From Octopus vulgaris (taxonomy: Eukaryota), in NCBI GenBank assembly GCA_951406725.2, contig OX597824.1:89156001-89220000 (forward strand): a DNA stretch of 64,000 nt. The letters run 5' to 3'. Below, in pieces: positions 27,415 to 42,310 of the stretch (within the stretch, counting starts at the first letter, position 1; every line of letters starts with the position of its first letter). The notes under the pieces are model-generated. The model was given only the letters and a program-made list of their open reading frames with translations. It was not told the origin of the DNA and did not search any database. The translations under genes were made by a program, and so were the position numbers.

Positions 27415-27863
27415 TGGAGATATGTATGTAGGCAATTATGTCTGTATGTTAAAAATTATGTGTGTATGCATTATACGTTCATGTATGCATGTACCTATGT
27501 GTGTATGCCTCAAGTATTTTCTGTATATATAGGTGAGTGGATAGGAAGGGAGAGAAATACGTATGTTTGATTTTATGCACGCATGTATATACACATCCAT
27601 GCATATATGCATACATGAATGTATATTTGTATATGTGCGTGTATGTTTGAATGTATGCAAAAATATATATTTTGCACTTATGTACTTGTGTGTGTGTGTG
27701 TGTGTGTATGTTGGAGCGTATAAATGTGTGTCTATATATATATATATGTATATGTGTCTATGTGTCTATGTGTGTGTATGCATACACACACAGACACACA
27801 GACACATACACACATATATATACTTTTATATATATAAAAGTATATATATATATTTATATAAAA

Positions 27864-27907
<44 letters not shown>

Positions 27908-28378
27908 TTTTATATAAATATATATATATATTAATATCAATGTTTGTATGTCTGCATGCATATATATTTGAATGTATGCGTGTATGTGTGTAGCTATACA
28001 TATGGACTCCAAAACAACGAACGCCAACACACAAGGCAATCCCCATAAACAATAAATCATGGTAGCCACCACCGCAGACACCAATCCAAATGTCACGCCA
28101 GTACCGCTGATGAATGTCAGATGTCAGCTACAAGCAAGTAACAGATGTAAAAACTCTTATTTAGGAGACATTGCCACATGCATTCATTCGATAGGCAACG
28201 CCACTTGCGCAAGTGATTCTATCAGCGAAAATACACTTTGCAAAATATGTTGTACGTCTTGTATCATGTACGGAATTGGATGAAAGTTAGGCGTTACTGT
28301 GGCGTTGTTATATACAGCCATGAAAGTGTTACACCGTTTGCCCTGCTAATACAATCGAACTCTATCTGTGAGATACTA

Positions 28379-28763
28379 TGGAAGCAATCCGTCGGTTACG
28401 ACGATGAGGGTTCCGGCTGATCCAAATCAACGGAACAGCCTGCTCGTGAAATTAACGCGTAAGTGGCTGAGCACTCCACAGACACGTGCACCCTTAACGT
28501 AGTTCTCGGGGATATTCAGCGTGACACAGAGAGTGACAAGGCCGGCCCTTTGAAATACAGGTACAACAGAAACAGGAAGTAAGAGTGAGAGAAAGTTGTG
28601 GTGAAAGAGTACAGCAGGGATCACCACCATCCCCTGCCGGAGCCTCGTGGAGCTTTTAGGTGTTTTCGCTCAATAAACACTCACAACGCCCGGTCTGGGA
28701 ATCGACACTGCGATCCTATGACCGCGAGTCCGCTGCCCTAACCACTGGGCCATTGCACCTCCG
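28379..28763 (-). mobile_element. SINE C, full length with 13-bp TSD
   Basis: TSD ctgtgagatacta at 28366-28378 and 28764-28776. Confidence 0.95.
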
Positions 28764-28976
28764 CTGTGAGATACTAACCGCACATGTAAAGCAGTTATGT
28801 TAGTATCTTTGAAGAAGACCTTAAAAAGCTAGAAGGAGTATTGTACTTCTTTTGGATGATTTCAATTTCTCCAGGGTTAAATGACCTGAAGAAAAAGAGA
28901 TAAAATTTTTGGCGTATGATGAGTATGGAAGAAATAACATCGTTCGAAATCAAGAACAGGATTACTTAAGACATCT

Positions 28977-29029
<53 letters not shown>

Positions 29030-29184
29030 CCTTTGGTATTGAGAACCATGACAACCCCATGAGTTAAAGTTTACAGCTTAATACCAAACGTCCAGAATCG
29101 TAACAAAATTCCGCAGCAGCTCAGGTATATTCTCAAAACCGAATTGGAAGGTCTCCATTCAAATACACATACATTCAGTTTTAG

Positions 29185-29330
29185 AACTTAGCGGTTTGGC
29201 AAAAGGGAACCGATAGAATAAGTACTAGGCTTACAATGAATAAGTCCTGGGATCGATTTGCTCGACTAAAGGCAGTGCTCCAGCATGGCCGCAGTCAAAT
29301 AACTGAAACAAGTAAAAGAATAAAAGAAAA
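29185..29330 (+). mobile_element. SINE A, 3' part
   Basis: aacttagcggtttggcaaaag...actgaaacaagtaaaagaataaaag. Confidence 0.9.
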
Positions 29331-29339
29331 TACGTACGT

Positions 29340-29391
<52 letters not shown>

Positions 29392-29495
29392 ACACACACA
29401 CACACAAATACACACACGCATTTATATGTATATGTGTGTATGTATGCATCTGTGCTCATGCGTGTCACACTGTATCTGCGTATGTTTATGTGTGT

Positions 29496-29537
<42 letters not shown>

Positions 29538-29660
29538 TAGAGAGAGAGAGATAGAGAGAGAGTGAGAGAGAGAGAAATAGTGTATGTATGTGTGTGAATG
29601 TACAACAGTTTGTGTACGTGCGCAAGTATGTGTGTGTATGAGCAGCCTTGTGTGTGTGTG

Positions 29661-29692
<32 letters not shown>

Positions 29693-29984
29693 ACAGTATG
29701 TGCGTACGTGGATGCCTGTCTGTGTGAGTGTGTGTATGTGCTCACGTGCGCGTGTTTGTGCATGTATGCATTTTTAGTCTTGTAGTTTTGTATGTGTGAA
29801 TATATGTGTGTGTGCTCGTGTGCAGCATTGTGCAAATGAAGACAGTATATGTTGCAGTGTATGTGTACGCGCGCGCGTGCATGTGTCTGTGTGTGTGTAT
29901 GCACGTGATTGCGCACGCGCACGTTTTCGTTTGTGTATCCGTTTGTACTTTTGTGAGAATGTATACGTGAGCTTGAGTGTGCAT

Positions 29985-30420
<436 letters not shown>

Positions 30421-30928
30421 TATGGGTATGCGCGTGTGTGTGCTATCACAAGTGTATATGTGTGTGTGTGCGTGTGCGTGTGTGTGTGTGTATGTGTGTG
30501 TGTGTGTGCGCGCGCGTGCGCCGCGTTTGTATACGGACTGCTGGATGGACTGATGATGACTAGAAGGACTAATGAGTAAATGGATGCACGGATGGCTGGA
30601 CGGGTAGATGTAAGTGCTCACACAGCAAGTTTTATCTTCTGACGAAAGCAAACAACCACAACAACAACAACAACAGCATCAACAACAAACGCAACAATAA
30701 AGCAACAAGGAAAACAACAACAAAAACAATAACAACCAAATAAGATAGAAATGAAACAAAAACGGCCATGACGACAACGAAAACGCGAAATCAGACATCA
30801 AAAAGCTACGCGAAAACGGACGCGCATGCGCACGCACAAACACACGAGCGCGCGTACACTCGGACACACACATATATGTATATACATAAAAGTATTCGTA
30901 AATACGTGCATATACATGTACAAAATGC

Positions 30929-30990
<62 letters not shown>

Positions 30991-31237
30991 ATTTGTGTGT
31001 GTATATATATATATACACTCGGACACATATATACGTTCGTAAATTTATGTACAAAACGCATATATGTGTGTGTCTATGTGTGTGTGTGTGTATTTGTGTG
31101 TTTATGTATATATATATAAGTACATATATGTATATGAACATATATGTGCATATATATATATGTGTGTGTGTCTGTATGTGTGTATGCATATATATGTATA
31201 TATATATATGTACACACACACACACACACATATATAT

Positions 31238-31341
<104 letters not shown>

Positions 31342-31472
31342 ATGTGTGTGCGTTTACATATATCAACACAGATCACGCGTACATCAAATCATAATTAAAC
31401 ACACAACACAACACATCATAATACACCATCAAGCATCAAGAAAAACAACAACAGAAAGCAACAACAAGTGAA

Positions 31473-31559
<87 letters not shown>

Positions 31560-31569
31560 TAGTAGTAAT

Positions 31570-31735
31570 ACAGCTGACGCCGATTCCGCCAATCTGTTAC
31601 AATCTGAACTGCGCTGAGTAAACTCTTTCTAGGTGGTTAGCTTGTAAAATCATAAAAGACGTAAACTAGCTTCTAAACGGACGCTGTACTGTCAATATGG
31701 CGACTCTCGGATGACGCTGAGCCGTCCGTAGACCT
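31570..31735. promoter_or_regulatory. CpG-containing unique island with CCAAT, YY1-like AATATGGCG and TGACG half-sites
   Basis: ccaat 31589-31593; aatatggcg 31694-31702; two tgacg; motif matches only. Confidence 0.25.
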
Positions 31736-32254
31736 TTATCTCAATAATGCATCCTTATACTCCTGAAGCTCAAACTAGCAAACCATGAAATACATCTGAT
31801 GGATGCATGAGTTCGTGTTTCATTGGATGTTGGACTGTTTCTGTTGGAAGTGTTTTCATTTAGCGTTATTATAAACATTCATTTCATACGTGCTATGCAT
31901 ACATACATACAAACATACATACATGCATATATATATATGTATATATATATAAATAAATATATATATATATATATATATGTATAAATATATATATATATAT
32001 TTATATATATATATATGTATATATATACACATATATATAAATATATATATGTATGTATATATATATATATATATAAATGTAAATAAATATATATATGCAT
32101 ATATATATGTGTGTGTATACACAAGCTCACACGCACATACACACATATGTACGCATACATCGCACATATACGTTTATGCATATACAGATGCGCACATACA
32201 CATACGCAGAAACACACATGCACATACACACACATATAGATAGATGTGCGTATA

Positions 32255-32308
<54 letters not shown>

Positions 32309-32366
32309 TATATGTATATGAACATATATGTTCAAATGTATATATATATATACCTATATATATATA

Positions 32367-32574
<208 letters not shown>

Positions 32575-32813
32575 CATACATATATATATATATACATACA
32601 TATATATATATATATATACATATATATATGAAATATGAAAGTCGAAAGAATGCGATTTAATAAAATAGTTATTATGACTATCTTTTCTTCTATCGAAGCT
32701 TTGACCTCAGATGGCCGTTATCAAAAATTACAGAGACGAGGAAGAAAGACAAGTAAAAGAGAAAACGACAAAAAAAGACACACAAACACACACAGACAGC
32801 ACCCCTCCCGCCC

Positions 32814-32846
<33 letters not shown>

Positions 32847-32894
32847 TAAACTAAACAGCTCTGTGACGATACGATGACAAAATTAAAATATTCG

Positions 32895-32965
32895 GATTCA
32901 ATTAGCGCGCGGACATTCGCGCCAATCAGCCGTGAGGAGCTCGACTGTCGACTGTTCGTCGCAAT
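32895..32965. promoter_or_regulatory. CpG-rich patch with overlapping E2F-like and CCAAT motifs
   Basis: ttcgcgccaatcagc at 32916-32930; agcgcgcgg upstream. Confidence 0.3.
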
Positions 32966-33346
32966 AAATAAGAATTTAAGGAAATAAGCCAGCATTTTTT
33001 TTTTATTTTGCCTTGGCTCAACCAGTGACTGCATCCATGTTGGATTCAGGAAAAATGCTTAATTTCAAATCAATTTTCTCAAGGATTTTTCGATGTAGGC
33101 AGTGAATTGAATCGTTGGAAGATATGCGTATAACACCATTAAATATTGCTCTAAGGTCATCTATTCGAATGGAAATAGCATTAAATTAGCATTCGGGATT
33201 ATTTTTAAACATTGAAAAACATATAAAATCGGGGTTAATGAAATAAAACCCAAATAAGCCTAGTGGCAGGTATTTGAAACACACACACACACAAACAAAC
33301 ACAGACACGCGAGCACACATATACGCTTATATATATATATATATAT

Positions 33347-33409
<63 letters not shown>

Positions 33410-33550
33410 GAATAATAAAGAGAAAGTTCTTAGCCCAGTATTATATATATTTGAAAGAATGCGTAGAGATGGGTTTTTTGAGGGGATGATTCTTATTTTA
33501 ATCTTACTAATAATGTTTATCACCTCAAAAAATGCCATCTCTACTCAATC

Positions 33551-33664
<114 letters not shown>

Positions 33665-33794
33665 ATATACACACCTCAAAAATGCCATCGCTACTCATTC
33701 TTTCATATATATATATATATATATATACGCACACACACACATATATATATATATATATTGTATATTTATACATCTATATCTATCTATCTATCTA

Positions 33795-33859
<65 letters not shown>

Positions 33860-34149
33860 GTATGTATGTATTAATAATGACCTGGAGAACGGAGATGTCT
33901 CACATCCATAATTATATTCAAGTTATTTGCAGCATCGTTTCGGGACCTACACGTATTTCGACTTCAGCGACTCCACACAATGGATATGTAGCCTCGCTTG
34001 GCTATTATATATGAAACCAATTTAGGAGGAAACAGGGTTACCGCCAGAATAGTATATCCCTTTAAACTCACTTTTGGATGTCTTTTACTGTTTATATTTT
34101 GTACTGTCGTTACTGTCCTGTTTTTGTTACCATTTTTACCCCTCCGCAA

Positions 34150-34475
34150 AAAAATCTCAAATTTTATTTAATTTGATTTTCGCGGGAAGAAAAGTTTCAT
34201 TGAAGTCACGTATCGCCTTGACCTTCGAGACGTGGAGTAGATGAAACAAAGGCGACTGAAGAAGGGGAATTTTCCTTATTTTGTATGTCCTGTACTCTAT
34301 TTTTTCGTTAAGAAAAATGTCCATTTCCTGGGTTTTGTGTTTATGTTTTCGTTTCTCATTGTGTTCGACGTTTTTTTTGGTGTCCTGTACCCATATATGC
34401 ATGTATATATACATGTAGAGGTAGGTACCTACATATATGTATGTATATATGCATATGTTTTGTTTATTTATTAAT
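34150..34475 (+). mobile_element. Interspersed repeat (second copy at 56255-56495, minus); probable Penelope-type terminal region
   Basis: ctgaagaagggaa...tgtatgtc.tgtactct...gttttcgtttctcattgtgttc shared by both loci. Confidence 0.7.
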
Positions 34476-34478
34476 CTA

Positions 34479-34511
<33 letters not shown>

Positions 34512-34799
34512 CTAGCCACTACACATTTTTTCTCTCCTTGGTTTTTGTTTTAACTCTTATTTCTAGCAATACTGGTGCTCATTAGTACTGTTGGTCGCTT
34601 TAGTGAGGTGTGTATGTGTTCATATATCTATTCCAACACTTTGTGCGTCGCGTCAGGTTACACGCATTATTCTACAACACTTCACCTGCATCTAATGAAA
34701 ATTGCTTCTCCGACCTGGGCTGTCGACCATCTCACTGGACGCCAGCTCCTGGCCAGTTGATCAATTGGCAAGCATCTGCTAACGGGTTGTTGACCGGTT

Positions 34800-35780
34800 C
34801 AACTTTCGCAGGCATCCCCTACCTCTCAACATCTCCCCGCCCGAACTCTCGACCCTTCGATGTCTGCGATGCCGCAAAGATATCGTCATCAAACCGGCCG
34901 ACAAGGGTGGAACTGTAATGGTGTGACACGCAGAACTTTTAAAGGGTCGAAACTCTCCGTCAACCTCAAGAAACCTCCTTTCATTGCCCTCTGTCCTCCA
35001 ACCCCACGTCTGACTACTAACGGACTGTGTCCTCCGCTATTAATGACCTCATTTCCTCCTCCCGTCTCCATCCCATCACATCCAACCTCATTGTCCATAC
35101 CCCACGCACCCCATTATTTAATACCTTCCCAAAATTCACAAGCCCAACAACCCTGCTGGCCCATCGTCTCCGCCTGCAACTGCCTTACTAAAATGACCTC
35201 CAAATACATCAACCATGTCCTTTTTCCCTTGGCGGCTCTCCTCCCCTCACACATTCACGACACTAATCATGCTCTCCGTCTGTTTAACTCTTTCTCCTTC
35301 CCTTCTGGCTTTTCTCAACTTCTGTTCCCTTTCGACATTAAGTTTCTGTAGCCAGTGATCACACACAACGAAGGCCTTCTTGTGGTTAAACACTTTCTTG
35401 GCCTTCGGCCCGATTCTCTACCTGACACCTCCACACTTCATCGTCTGACCGAACTTGTCTTCTCCTTCAACATATTCTCGTTTGCGGGTTTGGTGGAGTT
35501 TTACCAATACGTCTCGGGAGTGGCCATGGGAACGAAAATGGGCCCCAACTATGCTAACCTGTTCGTTGGCTACGTTGAGGGCCAAATATTCTCACAATTC
35601 ACTGGTTACACTCCCGAGCTATACGTTCGTTATATCGATTACTGCATCGGCGCGACCTCACTCTCCCCCGAACATCTGGAATCCTTCATCTCCTTTGTCA
35701 AATCCTTCCATCCTACCCTCGAATTCTCCTGCACTATCTCTAACTCCTCGGTCGAATTTCTCGACATTTCTGTCAGCATA
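34800..35780 (+). pseudogene. Penelope-like element reverse transcriptase, degenerate
   Basis: DIVIKPADKGG (about 34880), PIVSACNC, LPSHIHDTNHAL, FDIKFL*, GVAMGTKMGPNYANLFVGYVE, RYIDY (YIDD mutated), EFLDISV; stop at 35349 and frameshifts. Confidence 0.9.
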
Positions 35781-36138
35781 CGGAAGTGGTGACAGTAACT
35801 TCAAAGTTACTGCCTGCTATCCTTCGTGGTACATTCGGGTTCCTCCTGGTTTTATATAATCTCTGGTAATTTGTTTTTCCGAGTTTGGTTGAGCTATGTG
35901 GAATGAAACTTCGACGTCACTGTCACCAATTTTAAAGAAAATGTATGATTAGCATGTACTGTACAAGGGATATTGAGTAACCCGTCCGTTAAATGTTGAA
36001 TTATTTTTATTATAACTCGAGATAATAATAAACATCAATACATGTGTATAATAAACATCAATATATGTGTATGTAATATATATACATATATATTATATAT
36101 ATATATTATGTATATATATATATATATTATGTATATAT

Positions 36139-36176
<38 letters not shown>

Positions 36177-36178
36177 AT

Positions 36179-36210
<32 letters not shown>

Positions 36211-36263
36211 ATATATATATATAATATATTATATAATATATATGCATAATATTGCACACACAC

Positions 36264-36316
<53 letters not shown>

Positions 36317-36629
36317 ATGATGATACTGTTCTATATCTTAGTGTGTTTCTATTTCGGATTTACGATTTACTGAAGATATATTTATATATATATTTATACA
36401 TACATATACATGTGTGCGCGTGTTACTGCACGCATACATACGCATACACACCAGTACATGTGTGTAGATACGAGAGAGTGTGTAAGTTGTTTACGACAAA
36501 AAAAAAAAAACAAAACACTTATTAAATTGATAAGCGAACGACGACCATAACACTAGAGTCTTTCAGTTCTGACTGAAATAATTTCTGGTATAAAGATTAT
36601 AGTTTTTATCTGGCATCAAAATCACTTAC

Positions 36630-36989
36630 TAGGAGACACACACGCACGCACGCACACATGCGTATACGCACATACGCACACGCATGCATGCACGCAGGCA
36701 CGACACACGCACGCGCTTAAATTGACAAACACACACACACTGACATCCGTGGCATGCATATAGATACACATATGTAAATATATACACCTCTGTTCTTATG
36801 TACATTATATGTGTAAGCGTATGTGCACGCACGCATGTATGTATGTATGTATGTATGTATGTATGTATGTATGTATTTATGTATGTATGTATGTATGTAT
36901 GTATGTATGTATGTATGTATGTATGTATGTATGTATGTATGTGTACGCATATATTTGTACGTATACATATATAAATACATGTAAATATA

Positions 36990-37028
<39 letters not shown>

Positions 37029-37815
37029 ATGTATGTATATATGTACACATACGTGTAATATATACATACATATACATGTATATATATATATATATGTTTT
37101 TCTGTATGTGTGTGCACGCGTGTGTATACTTGTGTGCACGTGTGTGTATTTGTGTGTGTGTATATGTGCACGTGTGTGTATGTATATGCGCACGTGTGTG
37201 TGTATGTGTGTGTATACGTGTGTGCATATGCGCACATGTGTGTGTGTGTGTGTATGTGTGTGTGTGTGTGTGTGCGTGTTTGTGTGTGTGTGTCTGTGAG
37301 AGAGAGTGTTTGCAGAATTAGAGGGAGCTAGAGAAAATGGGGGATCTTAAAGATATACAGAGTGTCGCCTTTCGGCGAAATCAATAGAAATGCTTGAATA
37401 CAAAACATTAAAATTGATGGTGGAGACCAAACCCAGTTCCTCGACCATTCCTCGACCATTCCTCGAAGCCATAAATATTCAAAATGAGGTGTCTAATTGT
37501 CTTTGCACTTTACACTCCAATGAATATTGACCAGGCCGATAGTCACGGCTTGGAAAGAGGTGAGACCGATCCCGTCTTTCCCACCGTCTCTGCAGCTGTT
37601 TGTATGTATGTATGTATGTATGTATGTATGTATGTATGTATGTATGCATGTTTGTATGTATGTATGTATGTATGTACGTATGTATGTATGTATGTATGTG
37701 TGTGTATGTGTGTGTGTATGTATGTATGTATGTATGTATGTATGTATGTATGTATGTATGTATGTATGTATGTATGTATGTATGTATGTATGTGTGTATG
37801 TATGTATGTGTGTAC
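36630..37815. repeat. Compound (TATG)n/(TG)n microsatellites around a ~280-bp unique island
   Basis: Direct reading. Confidence 0.85.
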
Positions 37816-37817
37816 AT

Positions 37818-37982
37818 GGGCAGGCGTAGCTGTGTGGTAAGAAGCCTGCTTTCTAATCACATGGTTCCGGGTTCAGTCCCACTGTGTGGCACATTGGGCC
37901 AGTGTCTTCTAGAATAGTCTCGGGCCGACCAGAGCCATGTGAGCGGATTTAGTTGACGGAAACTGAAAGAAGCCCGTCGTAC

Positions 37983-38021
<39 letters not shown>

Positions 38022-38193
38022 TCGCTTGACAACCGATGTTGGTGTGTTCGTGTCTCCGAAGCTTAGCGGTTTGGCAAAAGAGACCGATAGAATAAGTAAT
38101 AGGCTTACAAAGAATAAGTTCTGGGGTCGATTTCTTCGACTAAAAGCGGTGCTCCAGCATGGACACAGACAAATGACTGAAACAAGTATAAGA

Positions 38194-38195
<2 letters not shown>
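37818..38195 (+). mobile_element. SINE A, full length
   Basis: Colinear with 47581. Confidence 0.92.
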
Positions 38196-38259
<64 letters not shown>

Positions 38260-38261
<2 letters not shown>

Positions 38262-38465
38262 TATTCAAAGCAGCAGAAAATTCAACAAAACCTGTTACTC
38301 TGAGTTTGCCGTTGCCGTTCGTCGGAAACTGTCCGATGAACGGCAACGGGAAACTCAGAGCAACAGGTTTTGTTGAATTTTCTGCTGCTTTGAATAAAGC
38401 ATATTACTCTACCACTGGTATTTGAGTACTCTTTTTTCCACCTTGTTTCACATTTATGTGTTTAC

Positions 38466-38468
<3 letters not shown>
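38260..38468. mobile_element. Penelope-type fold-back element (67-bp arms) with HHR variants on both strands
   Basis: Arms 38260-38326 / 38332-38398; plus-strand CTGT-CCGATGA...GAAACTCAGAGCA-ACAG at 38329-38366; same family as 57386-57610 and 7500. Confidence 0.85.
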
Positions 38469-38504
<36 letters not shown>

Positions 38505-38574
38505 GAGTTGAGGATAATCTGTCATTTTCTCCCCTTTTTTTACAATGGTGCGAACCCTACAAAATAACCTTTTT

Positions 38575-38820
38575 GCTATTGAGATTCCGAAAAGGTGTAG
38601 AATTTAAACTCTGAGCACAAAGGGACAGAGCCTATTCCACAAGTCACCCGGTCTGATGCTCTTTCATCAATCCATTGCTCTGGGCTGATACTTTATCGAC
38701 CCCGAGAGGACGAATGGCAAATTTGACCCCGTCATAATTTGAAATTGAATAGCAAAGCTGGAACAAGTACCAGGGGACGATCTATCCAATACCTTAAAGA
38801 TTCTGCCAGTTCGCCACTTG
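38575..38820 (-). mobile_element. Old SINE B-related fragments
   Basis: tttatcgacccccgagaggacgaatggcaaa...gattctgccagttcgcc. Confidence 0.6.
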
Positions 38821-39389
38821 AGGTCAGGTCACTCGCGGATGCTATTGTTAACGTGTAACGTTGTACAACTTGGTGTATCGGATCGAATCGTCGGTGACTG
38901 AACCGACACCCGCTACGGTGGCGATAAGGGTGGCTAGAAACCCACCCGAACAAGAGACATAGAAATGTTTGGACATAGTGAACGAGGGTACTATTCTATT
39001 GGTCTATCTTGCTGAACTGCTAAGCAACTGAGAGGGATAAGTTTTCTGCTCTTTAACTGTATAGAAAGTAACATGTTTAGGCCAGGATCATTACGGTACA
39101 ACCATTTGTAATAGCCAATTATATTTGATTTGCTCTTAGTGGTTTTGCATGTGGCCTACAGATGTAGTTTTGTACTGTGTAAGCTATGTTTTCTTTTAAC
39201 GAAGAACATCTCAAATCTTATCCGTGGATAAACATAGTTGGTCCATCATACTGTTTTGAACTATTTGTAAATTATTTGATATCTTTTGGGTATTATATTC
39301 AGCTCGGCTAAAAAGTTATTTCCATTATGTAACTCTTTGGCGAGTAATGATAGTAGTAGTAATAGACAGAAGAAATGTTAGGCCTTTTC

Positions 39390-39535
39390 TTTGGCATGCC
39401 GGTTCCTACACAGCATTACAGCAGCGTAAAATGAAGTGTTTTGCTCAAGAACACAACATACCACCCCGTCTGAGAATCGAACCGACGGTCGGGTGATCGT
39501 GAGTACAACACCCTAGCCAGTAGGATATGCGCCTG
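39390..39535 (-). mobile_element. SINE D head, diverged
   Basis: aaatgaagtgttttgctcaagaacacaac...gaatcgaacc. Confidence 0.65.
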
Positions 39536-39848
39536 TGATACAACTTTAAAAGCAATCACATCATTTTATTTATGCAATTAACATTGCCGAATTTTGCCCT
39601 TCAAATTTAAACACTTTCCACGCAGTGTCGCCTCATAATTCCTCAAGGTTTAAATTCTATAGAAGATAACGATATCATAATTAATGGGAATTCTAATGAA
39701 AGCTTACTTATTGACGAATTTCGCCTGGATCAAGATATTCAGCTTCATCTGGAGATGTAAACATAGGATCGTGTGATTGTGAAGAAATACGGGAACGTGT
39801 AGCTTTATAGATTTTAGATCTATGAGGTGTTGAATTTACCTGATCGGA

Positions 39849-39922
39849 CGGCGGACTCTATAGAGACGACGTGTTAGCTATATTCGAATATAGCTAACAC
39901 GTCGTCTCTATAGAGTCCGCCG
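39849..39922. repeat. Perfect 74-bp palindrome with no spacer
   Basis: cggcggactctatagagacgacgtgttagctatattc|gaatatagctaacacgtcgtctctatagagtccgccg. Confidence 0.95.
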
Positions 39923-40091
39923 CAACACCAGTGGACACGCGTCAGTCAACTTGAGGAAAGGTATTATTAGTTACGCGTTCAGTACTTCCGACCCCAAAAT
40001 AATGGTTGCTACAAAATAAACTTCAGTTATTAATGTCTTAATTAAATATTTCAGGAAACCTAATAAATAAAACCTACATTTGCATAACTTT

Positions 40092-40420
40092 TTGTCTTTT
40101 TACTTAGATTGTGGCCATGCTGGGACACATCACTGAAGAATTTTAGTCGAACGAATCGACCTCAATGTTTATGCTCTTTTAAAGCTTGGCATTTTATCGG
40201 TATCTTTTGCCGAACTGCTAAAGTACGGAGTTGTAAATACAACAACATCGGCCGTCAAGCGATGGCGGGGGACGAACACAGGCACAAAGACACACACACA
40301 CACACGACGGGCTTCTTTTAGTTTCCGTCTACCAAATTCACTCACATGGCTTTGGCTGGCCCGAGGCTATAGTAGAAGACATGCCTAAGGTGCCACGTAG
40401 TGAGATTGAACCTGGAACCA
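40092..40420 (-). mobile_element. SINE A, diverged
   Basis: gacgggcttcttttagtttccgtctaccaaattcactcac...gaggctatagtagaagac. Confidence 0.88.
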
Positions 40421-41749
40421 GGACACTATGTATAATATAAGAAGAAAGGTTCGCATTTTATCCTCAAATAAAGAAACTTGGTAAGGCTTCCTCCTTGGTT
40501 CATCTATACCTTACAAATTCAGTAGATTGGAAGAAAAAGGTCAGCCTCTGCCTCTAATCTTCACTTCCAGCTAAGGTCCACACATTTTTTAATGCTAAAC
40601 TTAATATCCAGTTGACGGAAACTGCGTGGAAGCCCTTTAGTGAGATTATATCTGAAATTCCAAGGAGCCGCCTTATCACAGAATGTTTCATTAAATCTAC
40701 CCGTGTTTGTAGATTACTCAGCAAATTACACGTTTATTGTACAAATACTAAGTGCTGGTAGGTACATCGTATTTCGCTATGCAGCCGTGTTATATTACCA
40801 AGTATAGTAAAGGCTATATAAGTCAATGCTGTATCCTTCCGTGTTAGCAGTGCAAATCAATAGATTTCTAAAATTATCACTACAACGTTTCCTACAGATT
40901 TTTAATAGAAATTAGAGTACATTTGCATACGAATTGTTGTAACTTTCAGCGGTGGCTCGAATTTTTATTGAAAGTCTGCAGAAATTATTTTAAATAGTTC
41001 AGTTGATAGAACAATCTTAATATTCATCGTCGAAATCAACGAAGGTCCATTTTCCTTTTATATGTTGGTATATAAAATTTGGTGAAAGTTCTTCTCTGTA
41101 GAAAGGGCGTGGTACACGTGCGAGTGCGTGTGCAGTGACTGTGCATGTAAGTGTGTGTGTGTGTGTGTGTGTGAAAGTGTGTGTTGGGTGCGTGTGTATG
41201 TGAGTATGGGTGAGTGTATGTGATTATGTGTATACATATATTTATGTGTGTGTGTGTACGTATGTGTGTGTGTATGTGATGATGTGTATGCATATGTTTG
41301 AGTGTATGTATATGTGTGAGTGTGACGATCTGGTATGTAAGGTGGGGTGCGGCGTGGTGGGGCTAAATGTATGTTTTAGAGTGAGAATGTGTGTGTATGT
41401 ATGTATGCATGTGTGTGTATATATGTATGCATGCATGTTTGTATTATGTGTATATATGCATGTGTGTGTGTATGTTTGTATGTATGCATGTGTGTACGCG
41501 TGAAAGTATGTGTGTGTGTGTGTGCATGAGGAAGGTGAACGAGTTAAGATAAATATTTGATGCAATTACCAAGGAATAAATATTTTATCAGTTGCAATAG
41601 GAAACCCAACACACGGCTCGACGCGTGTCCACGCCATAATCTGATGCACACGAACACAGCAAAAATATGTATCGCAGCCGAACGAGGAAAGCCGAACCAG
41701 AGACAGACACACACACACACGCAAACCCAAATACTTATCAAACACATAC

Positions 41750-41913
41750 ACCGCCTCCTCTCCCTCTCCCTCATCCTCCTCCTCCTTTCCATCCTCCCCT
41801 CCCCTCCTGCTCCTCCTCCTCCTCCTTTCCCTCCCCTCCTTTTCTTCTTCTTCTTCCTCCTTTTCTTCCTCCTCCTTTTCCTCCTCCTCCTTCAATCCCC
41901 TCGTCTTCTTCCT

Positions 41914-41951
<38 letters not shown>

Positions 41952-41970
41952 GTTGCTGCTGCTGCTGCTG

Positions 41971-42020
<50 letters not shown>
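41750..42020. repeat. (CCT)/(CTT)/(CTA)n compound trinucleotide tract
   Basis: Direct reading. Confidence 0.9.
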
Positions 42021-42021
<1 letters not shown>

Positions 42022-42029
42022 TCTGACGT

Positions 42030-42310
42030 GTATTTGAGTGTGAGGTGTTGAATGTAGTATGGTGAGTGTGATGTGTTGAGTGTAATGTGCTAAGTGTGAT
42101 GTGCTGAGTGTGGTATGTTGAGTGTGATGTGTTGAGTGTGGAATGCTTAGTGTGATGTGCTGAATGTGTGGTGTGTTGAGTGTGATGTGTAAAATTGTGT
42201 GTTGAGTGTGAGGTATTGAGTGAAGTGTTGAGTGTGGTGTGTTGAGTGTGAGGAGTTGAGTGTTAGGTGTTGAGTGTGGTGTGTTGAATGTGATGTGTTG
42301 AGTGTGGTGT
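42030..42310. repeat. ~14-bp minisatellite (GTGTTGAGTGTGAT)n, degenerate
   Basis: Repeated gtgttgagtgtg units. Confidence 0.85.

Noticed and set aside
27990-28130. Hydrophobic minus-strand stretch TFGLVSAVVATMIYCLWGLPCVLAFVVL as a transmembrane exon
   Set aside because: In-frame TGA just after the nearest acceptor, no clear donor, and it runs into a microsatellite.
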